A DNA stretch of 64,000 bases from Mobula hypostoma (taxonomy: Eukaryota), in contig NC_086108.1 in assembly GCF_963921235.1 (NCBI RefSeq), forward strand, positions 88,972,001-89,036,000, read 5' to 3'. The translations under genes were made by a program, and so were the position numbers. Numbering within the stretch: position 1 is the stretch's first letter; every line of letters begins with the position of its first letter. The notes below the pieces were generated by a model, which searched no databases, was not told the origin of the DNA, and worked only from the letters and a program-made list of their open reading frames with translations. Positions 35,730 to 49,350 of this stretch are shown here, piece by piece.

Positions 35730-38700
35730 CTTTAAATTGCTTTAAGAGTCCTCAGAATTCTTAATTGGGAGGGTGAACAGGCAGAAGTTGTGGTCAATGT
35801 AGGTACCAATGACATGGGTAGGATGAGTGATGAGGTTTTGCAAGGGATTTCAGGGAATTAGGTGCTGAGTTAAAGGGCAAGGCATCCAGGATTATGACTT
35901 GAGGATTACTACCCATGTCACGTGCTAGTGAGGCTAGAACTAGGAAGATTATACAGTTTAATTTGCGGCTAAGGAGTTGGTGTTGGAGGGAGGGTGTAAG
36001 ATTTTTGGATCATTGAGTTTTCTTCCAGGGAAGGTGGGACCTGTACAGAAGAGATAGTTTGCACCTGAACTGGAGGGGGACTGATATCCTAGTGGAAGGT
36101 TTGTTAATACTGCATGGTGGGGTTTAAACTAGAGTTGCAGGGTGAAGGAAATCACATTGGCAGAACAATTAGTGGAGAGTTTGTGGAGCCAGATGTTGGT
36201 AAGACCTCAGACAAAGTCAGGAATCAACAGGTTGAGTATGGTGTGACTAGTGTCCTGAGCTGTGTATATTTCAATGCAAGAAGCTTCATAGGAAATGTGG
36301 ATGAGCTCAGGGTATGGATCAACACCTAGAATAATGACATTCTAGCCATTAGTGGGACTTGGTTGCAGAACGGGTAGCACTGGTAGCTTAATATTCCAGG
36401 GTTCTGTTGTTTTAGATGTGATAGATCAGGAGGGGTGATGTTACTAGTTAGGGAAAATGTCATGGTAGCTTCCATCAGGACAGACTGGAAAACTCAATTA
36501 GTGAGGCATTATGGGTGTGACTGTGAAATAAGAAAGGTATAACCACGTTAATGAGGCTATATTACAGATCACCGAACTGTCCTAAGGATTTAGTGGAACA
36601 AATTTGTAAAGAGATCACAGACCATTGCAAGAAACAGAAAGTTGTTATAGCAGGCGAGTTTAACTTTCAACATATTGACTGGGAATCCCATTCGGTAAAA
36701 GCACTAAATGGATAGACTTTATCAGATGTCTTCAGGAAATGTCCCTTCATCCATATGTAGAAGTCCTAATGAGAGAGCATGTGATACTGGATCTGTTATT
36801 AGGGAATGAGACAGGGCTGGTGACAGAAACTTGTGTAGGGAACACTTTGCATCCAGTGACCACATGCCATTAGTTTCAAAGTAAATATGCAAAACAATAG
36901 ATCTGGTCCATGGGTTGAGATTCTAAATTGGAGAAAGACCAGTTTTGATGGTATCAGAAATGATCTGGCAAGTGTCAATTGGGACAAGCAGTTTTCTGGC
37001 AAAGGTGTATTTGGAAAGTGGGAGAACTTCAACATTGAATTTTCTGAGAGCACAAAGCTTGTATGTGCCTGTCAGGATAACAGGTGTAATGAACCTTGGT
37101 TTTCAAGAGATTTTGAGGCCGTGGTTAAGGGGAAAAAAAGAGGTGCCGAGCAAGTATATGCAAGTGGAAACATATGAGGTAGTTATGGAGCACAAGAAAT
37201 GCAAGAGGACACTAAAAAAAGAAATCAATCAGGAAAGCTAGAAGACGGTATGAAGTTGCCCTAGCAGACAAGGTGAAGGAGAATCCTAAGGAGTTCTACA
37301 GATCTGTTAAGATCAAAAAGAATGCAAGACACAAATTTCGTCCTCAGGTAGACCGAAATGGTAATCAATGTGTGGAGCCAAAACAGATGATGATATCTGA
37401 ACTGAATTCTTTGTATCTGTATTTACTCAGAAGGTAGAGAGTCTATGGAGATAAGGGAAAGTGGCATCAACTTCATGGACCCTGTACAGATTACAGAAGA
37501 GGAAGTGTTTGCTATGCTGAGGATAAATCCCAAGGGTCTGACAAGGTTATTCCTCGGATGCTATGAGAGGCAAGTGCAGAAATTGTCGGGGACCTAGCAG
37601 AGATATTTAAAACTTCCTTAGTGACAGGGGATGTACCAGAATATTGGAGGATAGCCAATATTGTTTCGCTGTTTAAAAAGGCACTAAATATAAAGCAGGA
37701 AATTATAGACCAGTGAGTCTGACATCATTTGTTATTGGAAGGTATTCTGAGGGACTGGATATATAGTATTTAGATAGACATAGTCTGATTAATGATAGTC
37801 AGCATGGTTTTGTGTGTGGTAGGTCATGTCTAATCAACCTAATGGAGTTTTTTGAAGAAGTTATCAGGAAAGTGAATGAAGGCAAGGCAGTGGATATTGT
37901 CCATATGGAATTTAGTGAGGCATTTGATAAGGTCATGCATGGGATTAAGATCAAGAAGTTTCAGTTGTTCAGCATTCAGGCTGAGGTAGTAAATTGGAAT
38001 ATGCATTGGCTTTGTGGGAGAAGCCAGAGAGTGGTAGTAGAGGATTGGCTCTCTGAATGGAGGTCTGTGACTAGTGGTGTGCCGCAGGGATCAGTGCTGG
38101 GTCCTTTGCTGTTTGTTATCTATATCAATGATGCAGATAATAAATGGATCAGCAACTTTGCGGATGACACCAAGATTGGGGTAGCATTGGACAGTAAGGG
38201 CAGCTATCATGGCTTGTGGAGGGTTCTAAGAGAGTTGGAAAAATGACAGATAGAATTTAATGCAGACAAGTGCGAGGCTTTACACTCCAGCAGGACCAGC
38301 CAGGGTAGGTCTTTCAAACTGAATGGTAGGGTATTGAGGAGCGTGGTAAAACAAAGGGATTGGGAATGCAGTCCATAATTTGTTGAAAGTGGCATCACAG
38401 ATAGATAGTGTCAGAAAGAAATCTTTTGACACATTAGCCTTCATAAATCTATTTATTGAGTATAGGAGATGGGTTGTTATGTTGAAGTTATAAGACATTG
38501 GTGAGGCCTAATTTGGAGTATTGTGTCACCTACCTACAGGAAAGGTGTAAACAAGGTTGAAAGAGTACAGAGAAAGTTTACAAGGATGTTGCCAGGTCTG
38601 GAGGACCTGAGTCATGAGGAAAAATTGAATAGGTTAGGATTGTGTTCATTAGAACATCGATGATTGAGAGAAAATTTAGTAGAGGTATCCAAAATTATGA

Positions 38701-39046
38701 GGGATATAGATAATGCAAGCAGTCTCTTTCCACTGGGGTTGAGCGGGCATACAACAAGAGGTCATGGGTTAAAGGTGAAAGGTGAGAAGTTTAAGGGGAA
38801 CAGGATGGGAATCTTCTTCACTCAAAGGGTCGTGAGAGTGTGGAATGAGCTGCCAGCACAAGTAGCACATGCGAGCTCGATTTGAACATTTAAGAGAAGT
38901 TTGGATAGATACATGGACAGTAGGGATATGGCGGGCTATGGTCCCAGTGCAGGTCAATGGAGTCGGCAGTTTAAATGGTTTTGGCATGGACTAGATGGGC
39001 TGAAGGGTCTATTTTGGGTGTCCTACTCAATAATTCTATGACTCTA
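35730..39046 (+). mobile_element. Older long CR1 (ORF1 esterase remnant + degenerate ORF2)
   Basis: GTNDMGR at ~35800, YFNARS, GRSCLINLMEFFEEV, GVPQGSVLGP, NFADDTK; tail attctatgactctat. Confidence 0.93.
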
Positions 39047-39321
39047 TATGCTATGGACTCACTTTCAAGGACTCTACAACTCACGTTCTCCATATTATTT
39101 ATGTACATATATTGGTTGTTTGTCAATCTTTTGTTTGTAAATCCCCTTGGTTAAGCTGGGTAGCACCAGGAAACTGTAATGAGTTACAATGATGAAGAGT
39201 CATTAATATCAGTGGAAAGAGAATGAACAAGAGGAGAAAGAAGAGAGTCCATTCAATTCAATTTTAATTGTCATTTAACCATATGTGAATACTCATGAAT
39301 ACAGCCGAATGAGACAGTGTT

Positions 39322-39422
39322 ACTATGGGGTCAAGGAGAAAAGACATTACCACAGTCACACACATATAGGGAACTATGGGGTCAAGGAGAAAAGACATTA
39401 CCAACAATCACACACATATAGG
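39322..39422. repeat. Tandem duplication of ~51 bp
   Basis: ACTATGGGGTCAAGGAGAAAAGACATTACC...CACACACATATAGG x2. Confidence 0.9.
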
Positions 39423-40329
39423 TAAATGTAAGTTTTGGGATCAAGAACTGTCTGAGAGAATGATTCCAGTATGAAATCCTTTATGTGGATCTTGGAGAGG
39501 AAGTAGAAGCCTCCTGCACATGAGTGAGCAACCGTGAATATAAAAGTCGGAGACGGAAATCGTCAGAGAAAATAGGTTAGGAGTTGCTGGAGAGAAAATT
39601 AACCTGATGTTTGTTACTGGACTCATTGGTCTTGTGGAAGAATGAGCTGTGTGCTGCTTGTAAATGCTATTTCAATTCAAAGGTTGGTGGTTCTGGATGG
39701 GCAATGCTTTCCATAATGTTAAGGATGTCCATGCAGAGAAAGGGGTGAAGGGCAGAGGAGTCAAAATGGAAGGTGTGGTTATGAGAGAGTGAGCACAAAG
39801 TGAGATGAACAATAGAAACATTGTTTAATTTGAGTGAACAAAATAGATCCATATAGCATTACCGACACTGAGTTCTAGGGGACAACAGGTCAATCAGCAT
39901 TCAGTGGTGGACAAGTTAGCATTAAGAGTGATTCGGAATCTATTGCAGAGGCAGAGATGGAGTTTATTGTCATTAGCATGAGAAGCTGACTCTTTGCTTG
40001 CAATTAACGACAATTGCTAATTGACCCTGGCAATTAGCATGGGAGGTGATAGGAAATAATGATTATGCATATTAGTATTGAAGATAAAAGAAGACCCGGG
40101 ACGATCTTGTGACAAGAATCAATGAAAACATGACAGAACCATGAAGAGGTAAGAGGGAAAATTGGAATGAAAGTTATTAGTATGATAGTGTCCAAAATGA
40201 CTTAGGAAATAGACAGAAGTACATCAAACTAGAAATAAGCATATGCACATAGCCTCCACACAGGGTTCAGTGATGAATAATTCAATGAGAAATGCTGGTG
40301 AATTTTGCACTAAAACTTAATTAAAAACA

Positions 40330-40415
40330 TACAAATGAAAAAGTAATTTAGCAGGTCGGGCAGCATCCGTGGAAAAGATCAGTCGATGTTTCGGGCCGGA
40401 ACCTTTCGTCAGGAC
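40330..40415 (-). mobile_element. Solo PLE end of a second subfamily with hammerhead motif (40381-40415)
   Basis: Minus strand GTC-CTGACGA-AAGGTTCCGGCCC-GAAACATC-GAC, followed by GGATGCTGCCCGACCTGCT. Confidence 0.7.
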
Positions 40416-40779
40416 CTGAGAAATGAAATTTATAGTGGAATTTTCCTGATAACCACCTTTCATTTAGCCAAAGTAATCAAATTACAATTCCAGAAAGTTT
40501 ATTTTACATAAAATGGGATTTTTGTGTACTGCTTGATTTTTAACAGAGTGGCCTGATGGTGACAGTAGATCTTTAGAATAGAGAAGGAAAAATGTTGTGT
40601 TGGTGGGGCTTACGACTTTGAGCAGTATTGGCTTCTCCTGCAACAAACCACAACCCTCATTAATGCTCTTGATAATTAGTGAGAAATTGCTCCTTTGTTT
40701 ATCCACAGGAATGTGCAAGCTGCCTGCAACAACAGCTTTAAGTGCTCATCCTTGATTGTCTTTGGACTGATTGCTTTAC

Positions 40780-42103
40780 TTACAAAATGCTGTAGGAGCT
40801 CAGCAGGCCAGGCAGCATCTATGGAGAAGAGTAAACGGTGAACATTTCAGGCCGAGACACTTCATCAGGTCTGGAAAAAAGGGATTGGAAGTCAGGATTA
40901 GAAGGTAGGGGGAAGAGGGGAAGAAGTGCAAGGTAGATTGTGATAGGTGAAACAGGAAAAGGGGGATGGGTGAAATAAAGAGCTGGAAAGTCAAATGGTG
41001 AAAGACATTTGGAGGCTACCCAGAGGAATATAAGGTTTTGCTTCTCCAACCTGAGTGTGCCCTCATTGCAGCAATAGAGGAGGCCATGGACTGACATGTT
41101 GGAATGTGAATGGGAAGTAGAAATGAAATGTGTGGCCACCGGGAGATCCTGCTTCTTCTGCTTGATGGACTGTAGGTGCTTGGCGAAGCAGTCTCCCAAT
41201 CTACATTGGGTGTCACCGATACACAGGAGCCCACACTGTAGATGACCTCAACAGACTCACAGATGAAGTGTCACCTCGCTTGGAAGGACTGTTTGGGGCT
41301 CTGAATGGTAATGAGGGAGGAGATGCAGGGGCAGGTGCAGCACTTGTTCTGCTTGCAAGGATAAGTGCCAGGAGGGAGCTCAGTTCCCCTGTGAGTCTGT
41401 TGGGGTCATCTACTGTATCCAGTGCTCCTGCTGTGGCTTTCTGTATGACAGTGAGATCCAAAGTAGACTGGGAGACTGTTTCGTTGAGCACTTTTGTTCC
41501 ATCTGCCAGAAAAAGCAGGTTCTCCCAGTGACAACCCATTTCAATTCTACTTCCCATTCCCATTCTCTCATGTTAGCTCATGGCCTCCTCCAATGCCGCA
41601 ATGAGACCACACTCAGACTGGAGGAGCAGCACCTTCTAGTCCGCCTGGGTAGCCTCTAACCTGATGGCGTGAATATCAATTTCTCGAACTTCTGGTAGTT
41701 GCCACCCCCCACATCTCACTTCTCCTTCACCATTCGCCATTCCCATTTCCCTCTCTCACCTTATCTCCTTACCTTCCTAGCACCTCCCTCTGGTGCTCAT
41801 CCCACTTCCCTTTCTTCCATGGCTTTCTGTCCTCTCCTATCAGATTCCTCCTTCTCCAGCCCTGTATCTGTTTCATCAATTGACTTCCCAGCTCTTTACT
41901 TCACTCCTCCCCCTCTTCTGGGTTTACCTTTTACCTTTTACCTTCCCCCACCTTCTTAGCCTGACTTCTAATCTCTTTGTTCCAGTCCTGGTGAACAGTC
42001 TCAGCCCGAAACTTCGACTGTTTACTCTTTTCCATAGATGCTGTCTGGTCTGTTAAGTTCCTCCAGCATTTTGATTTACAGTCTATAGATTTTCTCTTGT
42101 TTG
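40780..42103. mobile_element. Inverted two-armed PLE insertion (minus arm ~40780-41380, plus arm ~41389-42103)
   Basis: Both arms carry GIY-YIG remnants and pLTR ends. TGATTGCTTTAC at both 40768-40779 and 42104-42115. The flanks rejoin into one old SINE. Confidence 0.88.
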
Positions 42104-42511
42104 TGATTGCTTTACACATCCATTTCAGAAGACTGTTAAGTGTTAGTCAGAATGGTATAAATTTGAAGTTACCCAGACCAGATTGGGGAAGGTGGGCAGA
42201 ATTCCTCTCCTAACTGACATTGGTGAAACAGATAAAGTTATAATGATATTCCAGCATATTCATATCACTATTATTTGCTTATAGGTTCTAAATTCTAGTT
42301 TAGAGTCATGAAAGAAACTATGAATCCTTCAGATTAACAATCCCAATATTTTTCACCAAATCATTCAATGCTATTATGCGCACTAATTCAAGGAACTGTG
42401 ATGGAGGAACATTACAGAGAAACAGGAAATGGAGTATGTTATGGGCTATTTGGGTGTGTTCCATCATTCAGTAAGATTATGACAGATTTGAAGTTGGCTT
42501 CAGCTTACTTT

Positions 42512-42830
42512 TCAAAGTTTGAAGTACAAAGTAAATTTATTATCAAAGTATATATATATGTCACCATATACAACCCCGGGATACATTTTCTTGTTGACAT
42601 ACTCAGTAAATCCAAGAAACATTATAAAATCAATGAAAGACCATACCCGACAGGAAGGACAAACAACCAGTGTGCAAAGACAACAAATTGTGCAAATACA
42701 AAAGAATAAAAAAAGAATTAATAATAATAAATAAATAAGCAATAATTATCAAGAACATGAGATGAAGAGTCATTGAAACTGAGTCCATAGATTGTGGGAA
42801 CAGTTCAGTGATGGGGTGAGCGAAGTTACT
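42512..42830 (-). mobile_element. Rex1/Babar 3' UTR fragment
   Basis: Homologous to 6245-6555 and 62247-62570. Confidence 0.75.
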
Positions 42831-42904
42831 TTCCGTTTAACCATACCCTTGGGTTATCTTTAGCTCAAATATCTACCTGGCTCATCCTTGGATGTATTTA
42901 GTAG

Positions 42905-43755
42905 CTCAGAATTCACCTATTTTTGCTTCAACAAGGTTATCTCTCATTCTTCTAAACTCCAGTAAGCATTGGCCAGTCCACTGCAGCTTCCCTAATTTTC
43001 GATACCCTTTTTGAACTGTTTCCAATATATCCTTCCTAACATAGAGAAACATAGAAAACCTACAGCACAATACAGGCCCTTCAGCCCACAATGCTGTACC
43101 GAACATGTACTTACTTTAGAAATTACCTAGGGTACCCATAGCCCTCTGTTTTTCTAAGCTCCATGTAACATAAATAGATCAAAAAAGCCTAGAGTGCTCA
43201 GGTGTGGTCTCACCAATGCCCTTTAAACTTGATGTATACTCTATCCTCTTTGCAATAGACATATTCCATATGCCTCCCTAAATACTTACTGTTAGCTGCA
43301 TGATAACCTCATGTTTCAGGGAAAAGGGCATCTTGATCCTTCTAGAGAGCAATCTTCTGTAGTCTTCTTTCATTTGAATAATAATATACTGCTTTTCTTT
43401 CCTTCTGAATAAAGTGAATAACCTTATATTTCCCCTCATTATACTCTAACTGCAAATTTTTTACTATGTTATTCGATTTCATTTCATCCCTTTGAAGACC
43501 TTCCATGTTCCCTCAAAACTTACTTACCCACCTTACTTTATCATTGACTACTAATACAATCAAGCTCTTAGATGTTAACATGTTTATCTCTCCCAATGTC
43601 ATGAACTCTTACTTTGTGTATCAACATTTTACTTATCAAATGCCTTTTCAAAATCCAAATATATTATATCTACTGATTTTACTTTATCCACTTTACTCAC
43701 TACATCTTCAAAGAACTCTGATAAACTTAACAAACATAAATTTCCTTCCATAAAA
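42905..43755 (-). mobile_element. Very old CR1 RT remnant with a nested CR1 3' end (43044-43166, TSD TAACATA)
   Basis: LEFRRMRDNLVE; aaatgccttttcaaaatccaaatata (DFxKAFDK); TAACATA at 43037-43043 and 43167-43173. Confidence 0.7.
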
Positions 43756-43859
43756 ATTTAAGGGTATGGATAATTATATTATGATTTTCTATTATCTTAC
43801 TATTATTTTCTATGATAGGGGGCGGGCCCATGATTGACTCCATTTCTTGCCAATTAAAG

Positions 43860-44410
43860 CGTTCGAGGAAGATTGAAATATCAAGGTGAATGCGGAGAAG
43901 AGCGAGTAATCGAGTGGTCACTTTCCTTGGAGGATCACACTGCTGTGTTTGAGCGATCACTTCTCTTGATGCCGTCGGAGGTTGGTATTGAAATTCTGAT
44001 ACGTATGTGATTATTAGTGTGGACTATAGTTCAGACTAACCATAGTTCATATCAGTCTCCAGTTTTCTGTGTTTTCTTTCTTGTTGCCATATGGCATCTT
44101 GGGGGTTTGGGGTTTGATGCCATTGTTGCCATTTTCTGGGTTGGCGATATGTTAGTTTTTTGAGTGAGGGAGGGGTTGAGTTGGACTGTTTAAAATTCTT
44201 GTTGTTGTTTTTCCATCTGGACGATATGTTAGGTTTTTTTGCGAGGGAGGGGATTGGGGGTTTGGGGTTCTGATTTCTTAGCTGGGTGATGTGTTAGCTT
44301 TTGTGTGGGAGAGTAGATGTTCTTTGTTTCGTGATTATCTGGAGAAGACGAATCTCAGAGTTGTATACTGCATATATACTTCAATAATAAAATTAACCTT
44401 TGAACCTTTA
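43860..44410 (+). mobile_element. Non-coding retroelement with Rex/Babar-type 3' tail
   Basis: G/T-rich body related to 61070-61618; ends ...aataaaattaacctttgaaccttt. Confidence 0.55.
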
Positions 44411-45941
44411 ATAACGAATTCAAGCATTTCTTAATATTTCAGTGCATGATCAAGGATTAGAACAATTTCTGATTTATTTTTACTTAGTGAATTGACTTTA
44501 AATTCCAGGCGTCAGGATAATCAACCGAATGTATCTATCACATTAACATGCAAATTCTGAGCTGAGGGCAGATTTGAACCGAGTCTAAGATAAATATTGG
44601 AGAACAACTCTGTTCAGGGTAGATTTCTACAAGAGCACTGAACGCCTTAAATAGAGATTGCTCTTCCCTTAATGAAAACTGTATTTCAAAAGCAAACAAT
44701 AGCAAATAAAAATAAATCAAATTAGAACAAGTAAAGAACTATAAGTATTGAAAAAATGACTAGATTTGATTGTCCTTTGACTTAAATCTGGCAGATCTAT
44801 AGTGGAACTCACAGGAAACAACAAGTGCTTACTCTTCTTGGAAGAGCTGGTCTGTCTAGGGTGAAACTTCTTTTTGACCCATACTTGGCAGCTGTTGTTC
44901 AGGGTGTAGCCAGGTCTTAGGACTTCCTAAGCTGTGAATTTCTAAAACAAATGTCTTTCTTGGTTATAGGGGTTCAGTGAAAGGAAATAGAAGGAACCGA
45001 CATCCGGTGATGTTAGACTATCAAGAGAAATAACTGGTTGACCACCATCAAAGATGGGAGAATGCAACATTTTCTAACTGCACTTCTAATTGGGTCAAAG
45101 TTGGACACATCCCATCCTGTGTATCATTCCTGCACATGACAAGCTCATACACAGAGAGAGAGAGAGAGAGAAGGGTATTGACAACTATTTTCAACTAATT
45201 TTTAGTGGAGGTCATATGTTGCAGAAGTAATACTTTTTCTAAACATCGTTTCATGTGCTATGAGGGAAGAACGGAACAGGGTTGGGAGTTATTGACAAAG
45301 TTTGTATGTTGGTGCTACTTGCATTTCTAAGAACAATTTTGCTTTGGGCCATCTTTCTATAGTCGCAATTTATTTGTATTGTGCTTCCAGTGTCTGTTTA
45401 TTACCAATCAAGTTCACTTTTACAGATGTGGTAAATACTCTTGGCTTTAAAACTTCTCTATCCTCCTTTGAAATAGGTTTTACAAAAGCCCATCATTTTG
45501 ACTGAAGTATACGTCACTCCGAATCTCCCTCTGTGGCTCTCCATTCTTTAACCTTTTTCTTCTACTGATGAAGTACCTTGAGATGTATATTTTACGTTAA
45601 AGCTTCTTTATTAATATATGCTATTTTGCAGAATGAGGTTAATAGTCCCAAACCTCACTGGATTCGTGAATATTTCATTCTTTTTTCTCTTCTGAAGATG
45701 CTCATTTGTTGCTTGGAGGCTAATTTGGAGGCCCTCCACTACTCTTCTTGGGTAATCATTATTCATTCATGAACATTATTTACCATCAATGCAGTGAGTT
45801 GATTCAGCACAGATAACTATTACAACCGGTAGTTTGATTGATGTGTAGCTACTTACTAGTTAAACCCATTAAGTTACCCGGAAGATTGCTTATCTTTTCT
45901 TTCCCTTTGTTCCCAGTCTGATCAGCTACCTCTCTTAGACA

Positions 45942-46230
45942 GCCATAAGAGTATAAGACCATAAGGTAGAGGAACAGAATGAGGACATTTGGCCCATTGT
46001 GTCTGCTCCACTGTTCAATCATGGCTGATTATTTTTCAACCCCCTTCTCCTGCCCCCCCCCTTACCAATCAAGAACCTCTCAATCTCTGCCTTAAATATG
46101 CCAATAGCTTGGTCTCCACAGCTCTATAGCAATGAAATCCACAGATTCACCACCCGCTGACTGAAGCTGTTTCTCCCCATCTTAGTTTTAAAGAGAACTC
46201 CCTTAGATACTGGACTCTTCTACTAATGGG
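45942..46230 (-). mobile_element. CR1 3' fragment
   Basis: (CCATAAGA)n tail plus 3' UTR. Confidence 0.75.
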
Positions 46231-47662
46231 TAACAGCATCAAAACAACTATATCACCCAGTCAGGCTAGTTCTTCACTGTTCCAAGGTCATACCTTTCTA
46301 CTCTGTATCTCCCAACCCCACCCCACTCCCCACTGTAAATCTTAACAAAAGGAACACTTCTTTCCTCATCTTTTCAGTTCTAACAAAGAGGCCTAGACCT
46401 AAAACATTAAATCTCTATCCACAGGTGCAGTCCAGCCTGCTGCATAACTCCAGCACTTTCCTCAAGTATTATATATAATCTTCTATTTTGTTTGAGACTG
46501 ACCAAAGGCAGGTTAAATAAACTGTCCCTCCCATCAGCAATACAGATTATTCATAAGTATGTTAACATTATTGAGTTAACATTGTAGGCCCAATCAAGCC
46601 TTTCCTGTGGTGATAAACTAAAGCTATAGTTTCATCAATTTTTTTGTATAAACACAGTGGATAATTGGCACTTTGCAAATCTAAATTGCACTGGAGTGAT
46701 GAAAATAGGGTAATATTTATTCTTTGGCAGTTGGCTAGGAAAATCATTGAAGCTTTTGCCTTGATTGCATTTAAATTCAAAGCAGGTTCAAGAGACGATG
46801 GAAAAGAAGCAACCAGTTAGTCATTAAAGAGGTGAAAGCAGCTGGTACCATGTTCTGCAATTCTCTCAGCTTTGTTACCATGGTGATTATTTACCAGGAC
46901 TGGGATGGCTGTGAGATCAGAGTTTTTCGTATACTGAAATCAAGCTGCAAGCCATTTCATCTAGAAAACCAAAGCTTTTTATTGCTTCATGCACTCTGAT
47001 GCAGAATATTAAAATCAAATTCCTTTCAATTTACCAAAAGATTTTTTGTGAGTTATCACTAATATATAGTATTCCAAAAGCATGGAGGGGAAGGAATATC
47101 TTAGTTTTACATTATTGCAGATGTAATCCTACGACAAATATATTCTGCAAGAAAATAGAATGCAAACTGCAATACCTGGTCAGACTTTGTAAGTTTTAAC
47201 AGAATATGCCCAAGTGCCTGTTTTACACACAAACACACATATTACCGATGAACTCTGTATAAGTAGGTATAAATAAAAATAAATAAAATCATGAGCATTC
47301 ATTATTAATTAAGCTTAGGAAACTAGCTCTTGAAATGCCTTGAATAGTGTAGATGAAATCAATATTGATGTTATTAACCCACTATGCCTTCTGAAGAAAG
47401 CACGTACACAGAAGAATACATAATTCATTTGAAGCCCCTTCACACGCTTCATAATCATACCATGAAACTAAAAGGGTGGTGGAAACACATTTGATCATGA
47501 CTTTCAAAAATGAATTGTGTAGATTCACAGGGTGGGGATGTGGGTGAAGATGGGGAAGGACATGGATAAGTATGTACATGAGGGGAGGGTCTTGGAGGGT
47601 TATGGGCTGAATGCAGGCAACTGGGACTATCAGGGAGTATGCTGTATTTGGTATGGACCAGA

Positions 47663-48066
47663 CTGCACTGTGCAGAAACCTTAGGCATATATATTTAGCT
47701 AAGGTGCCTAAGACTTTTGCAGAGTACTGTAGTAATTTTATGTATAGCACTGTACTGTTGCTGCAAAACAAAACAAATTTCATGACATAAGGGAGGATGA
47801 TAAACTGGATTCTGATATGAGTCAGAGTGGGAAGGGAGCAGGGAGTGCAGAATCATGGTTGGGAAAAGGGGAAGGGAGAGGGGAGGGAGTGTGAAGCACC
47901 AGAGAGATATTCTATAATGATCAGTAAACCGATTGTTTGGAGTCAAATGTCCTTGTCTCGTGTCTCAGGGTTGGGTGTGTCTACATCTATGCCAATCCCT
48001 GCCCCTGGCACTTCTTCTGTCCCACACCCCTCTCTTTCTGCTCCACCCTCACTATTCTCAACAACG
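47663..48066. mobile_element. Truncated second copy of the hairpin-TIR MITE (opposite orientation to 24790-25319)
   Basis: Hairpin unit at 47663-47729; internal sequence is the reverse complement of ~24910-25254. Confidence 0.8.
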
Positions 48067-49350
48067 TACAATCATCACAGCGATATTTGATTCTGTGCTT
48101 CCTGCTCCCTGGATTACAAATACATAGTAAATATTAAAAAATTTTAATTATAAATCGTAAATAGAAAATAGAAAAATGGAAAGTAAGGTGGTGCAAAAAA
48201 AACGAGAGGCAGGTGCGGATATTTGGAGGGTACGGCCCAGATCCGGGTCAGGATCCGTTCAGCAGTCTTATCACAGTTGGAAAGAAGCTGTTCCCAAATC
48301 TGGCCACATGAGTCTTCAAGCTCCTGAGCCTTCTCCCGGAGAGAAGAGGGACGAAAAGTGTGTTGGCTGGGTGGGTCGTGTCCTTGATTATCCTGGCAGC
48401 ACTGCTCCTACAGCGTGCGGTGTAAAGTGAGTCCAAGGACGGAAGGTTGGTTTGTGTGATGTGCTGCGCCGTGTTCACGATCTTCTGCAGCTTCTTCTGG
48501 TATTGGACAGGACAACTTCCATACCAGGTTGTGATTCTATAAAAATTAGTGAGGGTTTTAGGGGACAGGCCAAATTTCTTTAGTTTTCTCAGGAAGTAAA
48601 GGCGCTGGTGGGCCTTCTTGCCAGTGTACTCTGCTTGGTTGGACCAACTCAGGTCATTTGTGATATTGACCCCAAGGAACTTAAAGTTTTTGACCTGTTC
48701 CACTTGCTCACCACCGATGTAAGTTGGGTCGTGTGGTCCGCTACTCCTTCTGAAGTCAACAACCAATTCCTTTGTCTTGCTGACGTTGAGGGATAGGTTA
48801 TTGTCTTCGCACCATGCCACCAGGTTCTTAATTTCCTCACTGTACTCAAACTCATCATTACCCGAGATATGGCCGACAATTGTTGTGTCATCAGCAAACT
48901 TATATATTGAGTTCAATGGAAACTTGGCTACACAATCATGGGTGTACAGTGAGTACTGCAGGGGGCTGAGTACACAGCCTTGTGGGGCACCGGCGCTCAG
49001 AGTGATTGTAGAGGAGAGCTTGTCCCCTATTTTTACAGCCGGGTCCTGTCTGTGAGGAAGTTGAAGATCCAGCTGCAGATCTGAGTGCTAAGGCCCAGGT
49101 TCTGGAGCTTAGGAATCAGTTTATTTGAAATGATGGTATTAAAGGCAGAGCTGTAGTCAATGAAAAGGAGCCTTACATATGCGTCTTTATTCTCCAGATG
49201 TTCTAAGGAGGAATGTAGGACCAGAGAGATGGCATCTGCCGTTGACCTGTTGCTCCAGTAGGCGAATTGCAAAGCGTCAAGGTTGACCGGTAGGATGTGG
49301 TTGATGTGTGCCATAACCAATCGCTCGAAGCACTTCATAGCAATTGATGA
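48067..49350 (-). mobile_element. Rex1/Babar LINE, 5'-truncated, relatively young
   Basis: ORFs 49033..49359 ([32 protein letters not shown]) and 48248..48916 (YKFADDT, WCEDNNLSLNVSKTKELVVDFR, SFFPTVIRLLN). Confidence 0.94.

Noticed and set aside
44830..44930. Minus-strand open segment EVLRPGYTLNNSCQVWVKKKFHPR ending at GTAAGC
   Set aside because: Weak acceptor and an unrecognised peptide; compatible with chance.
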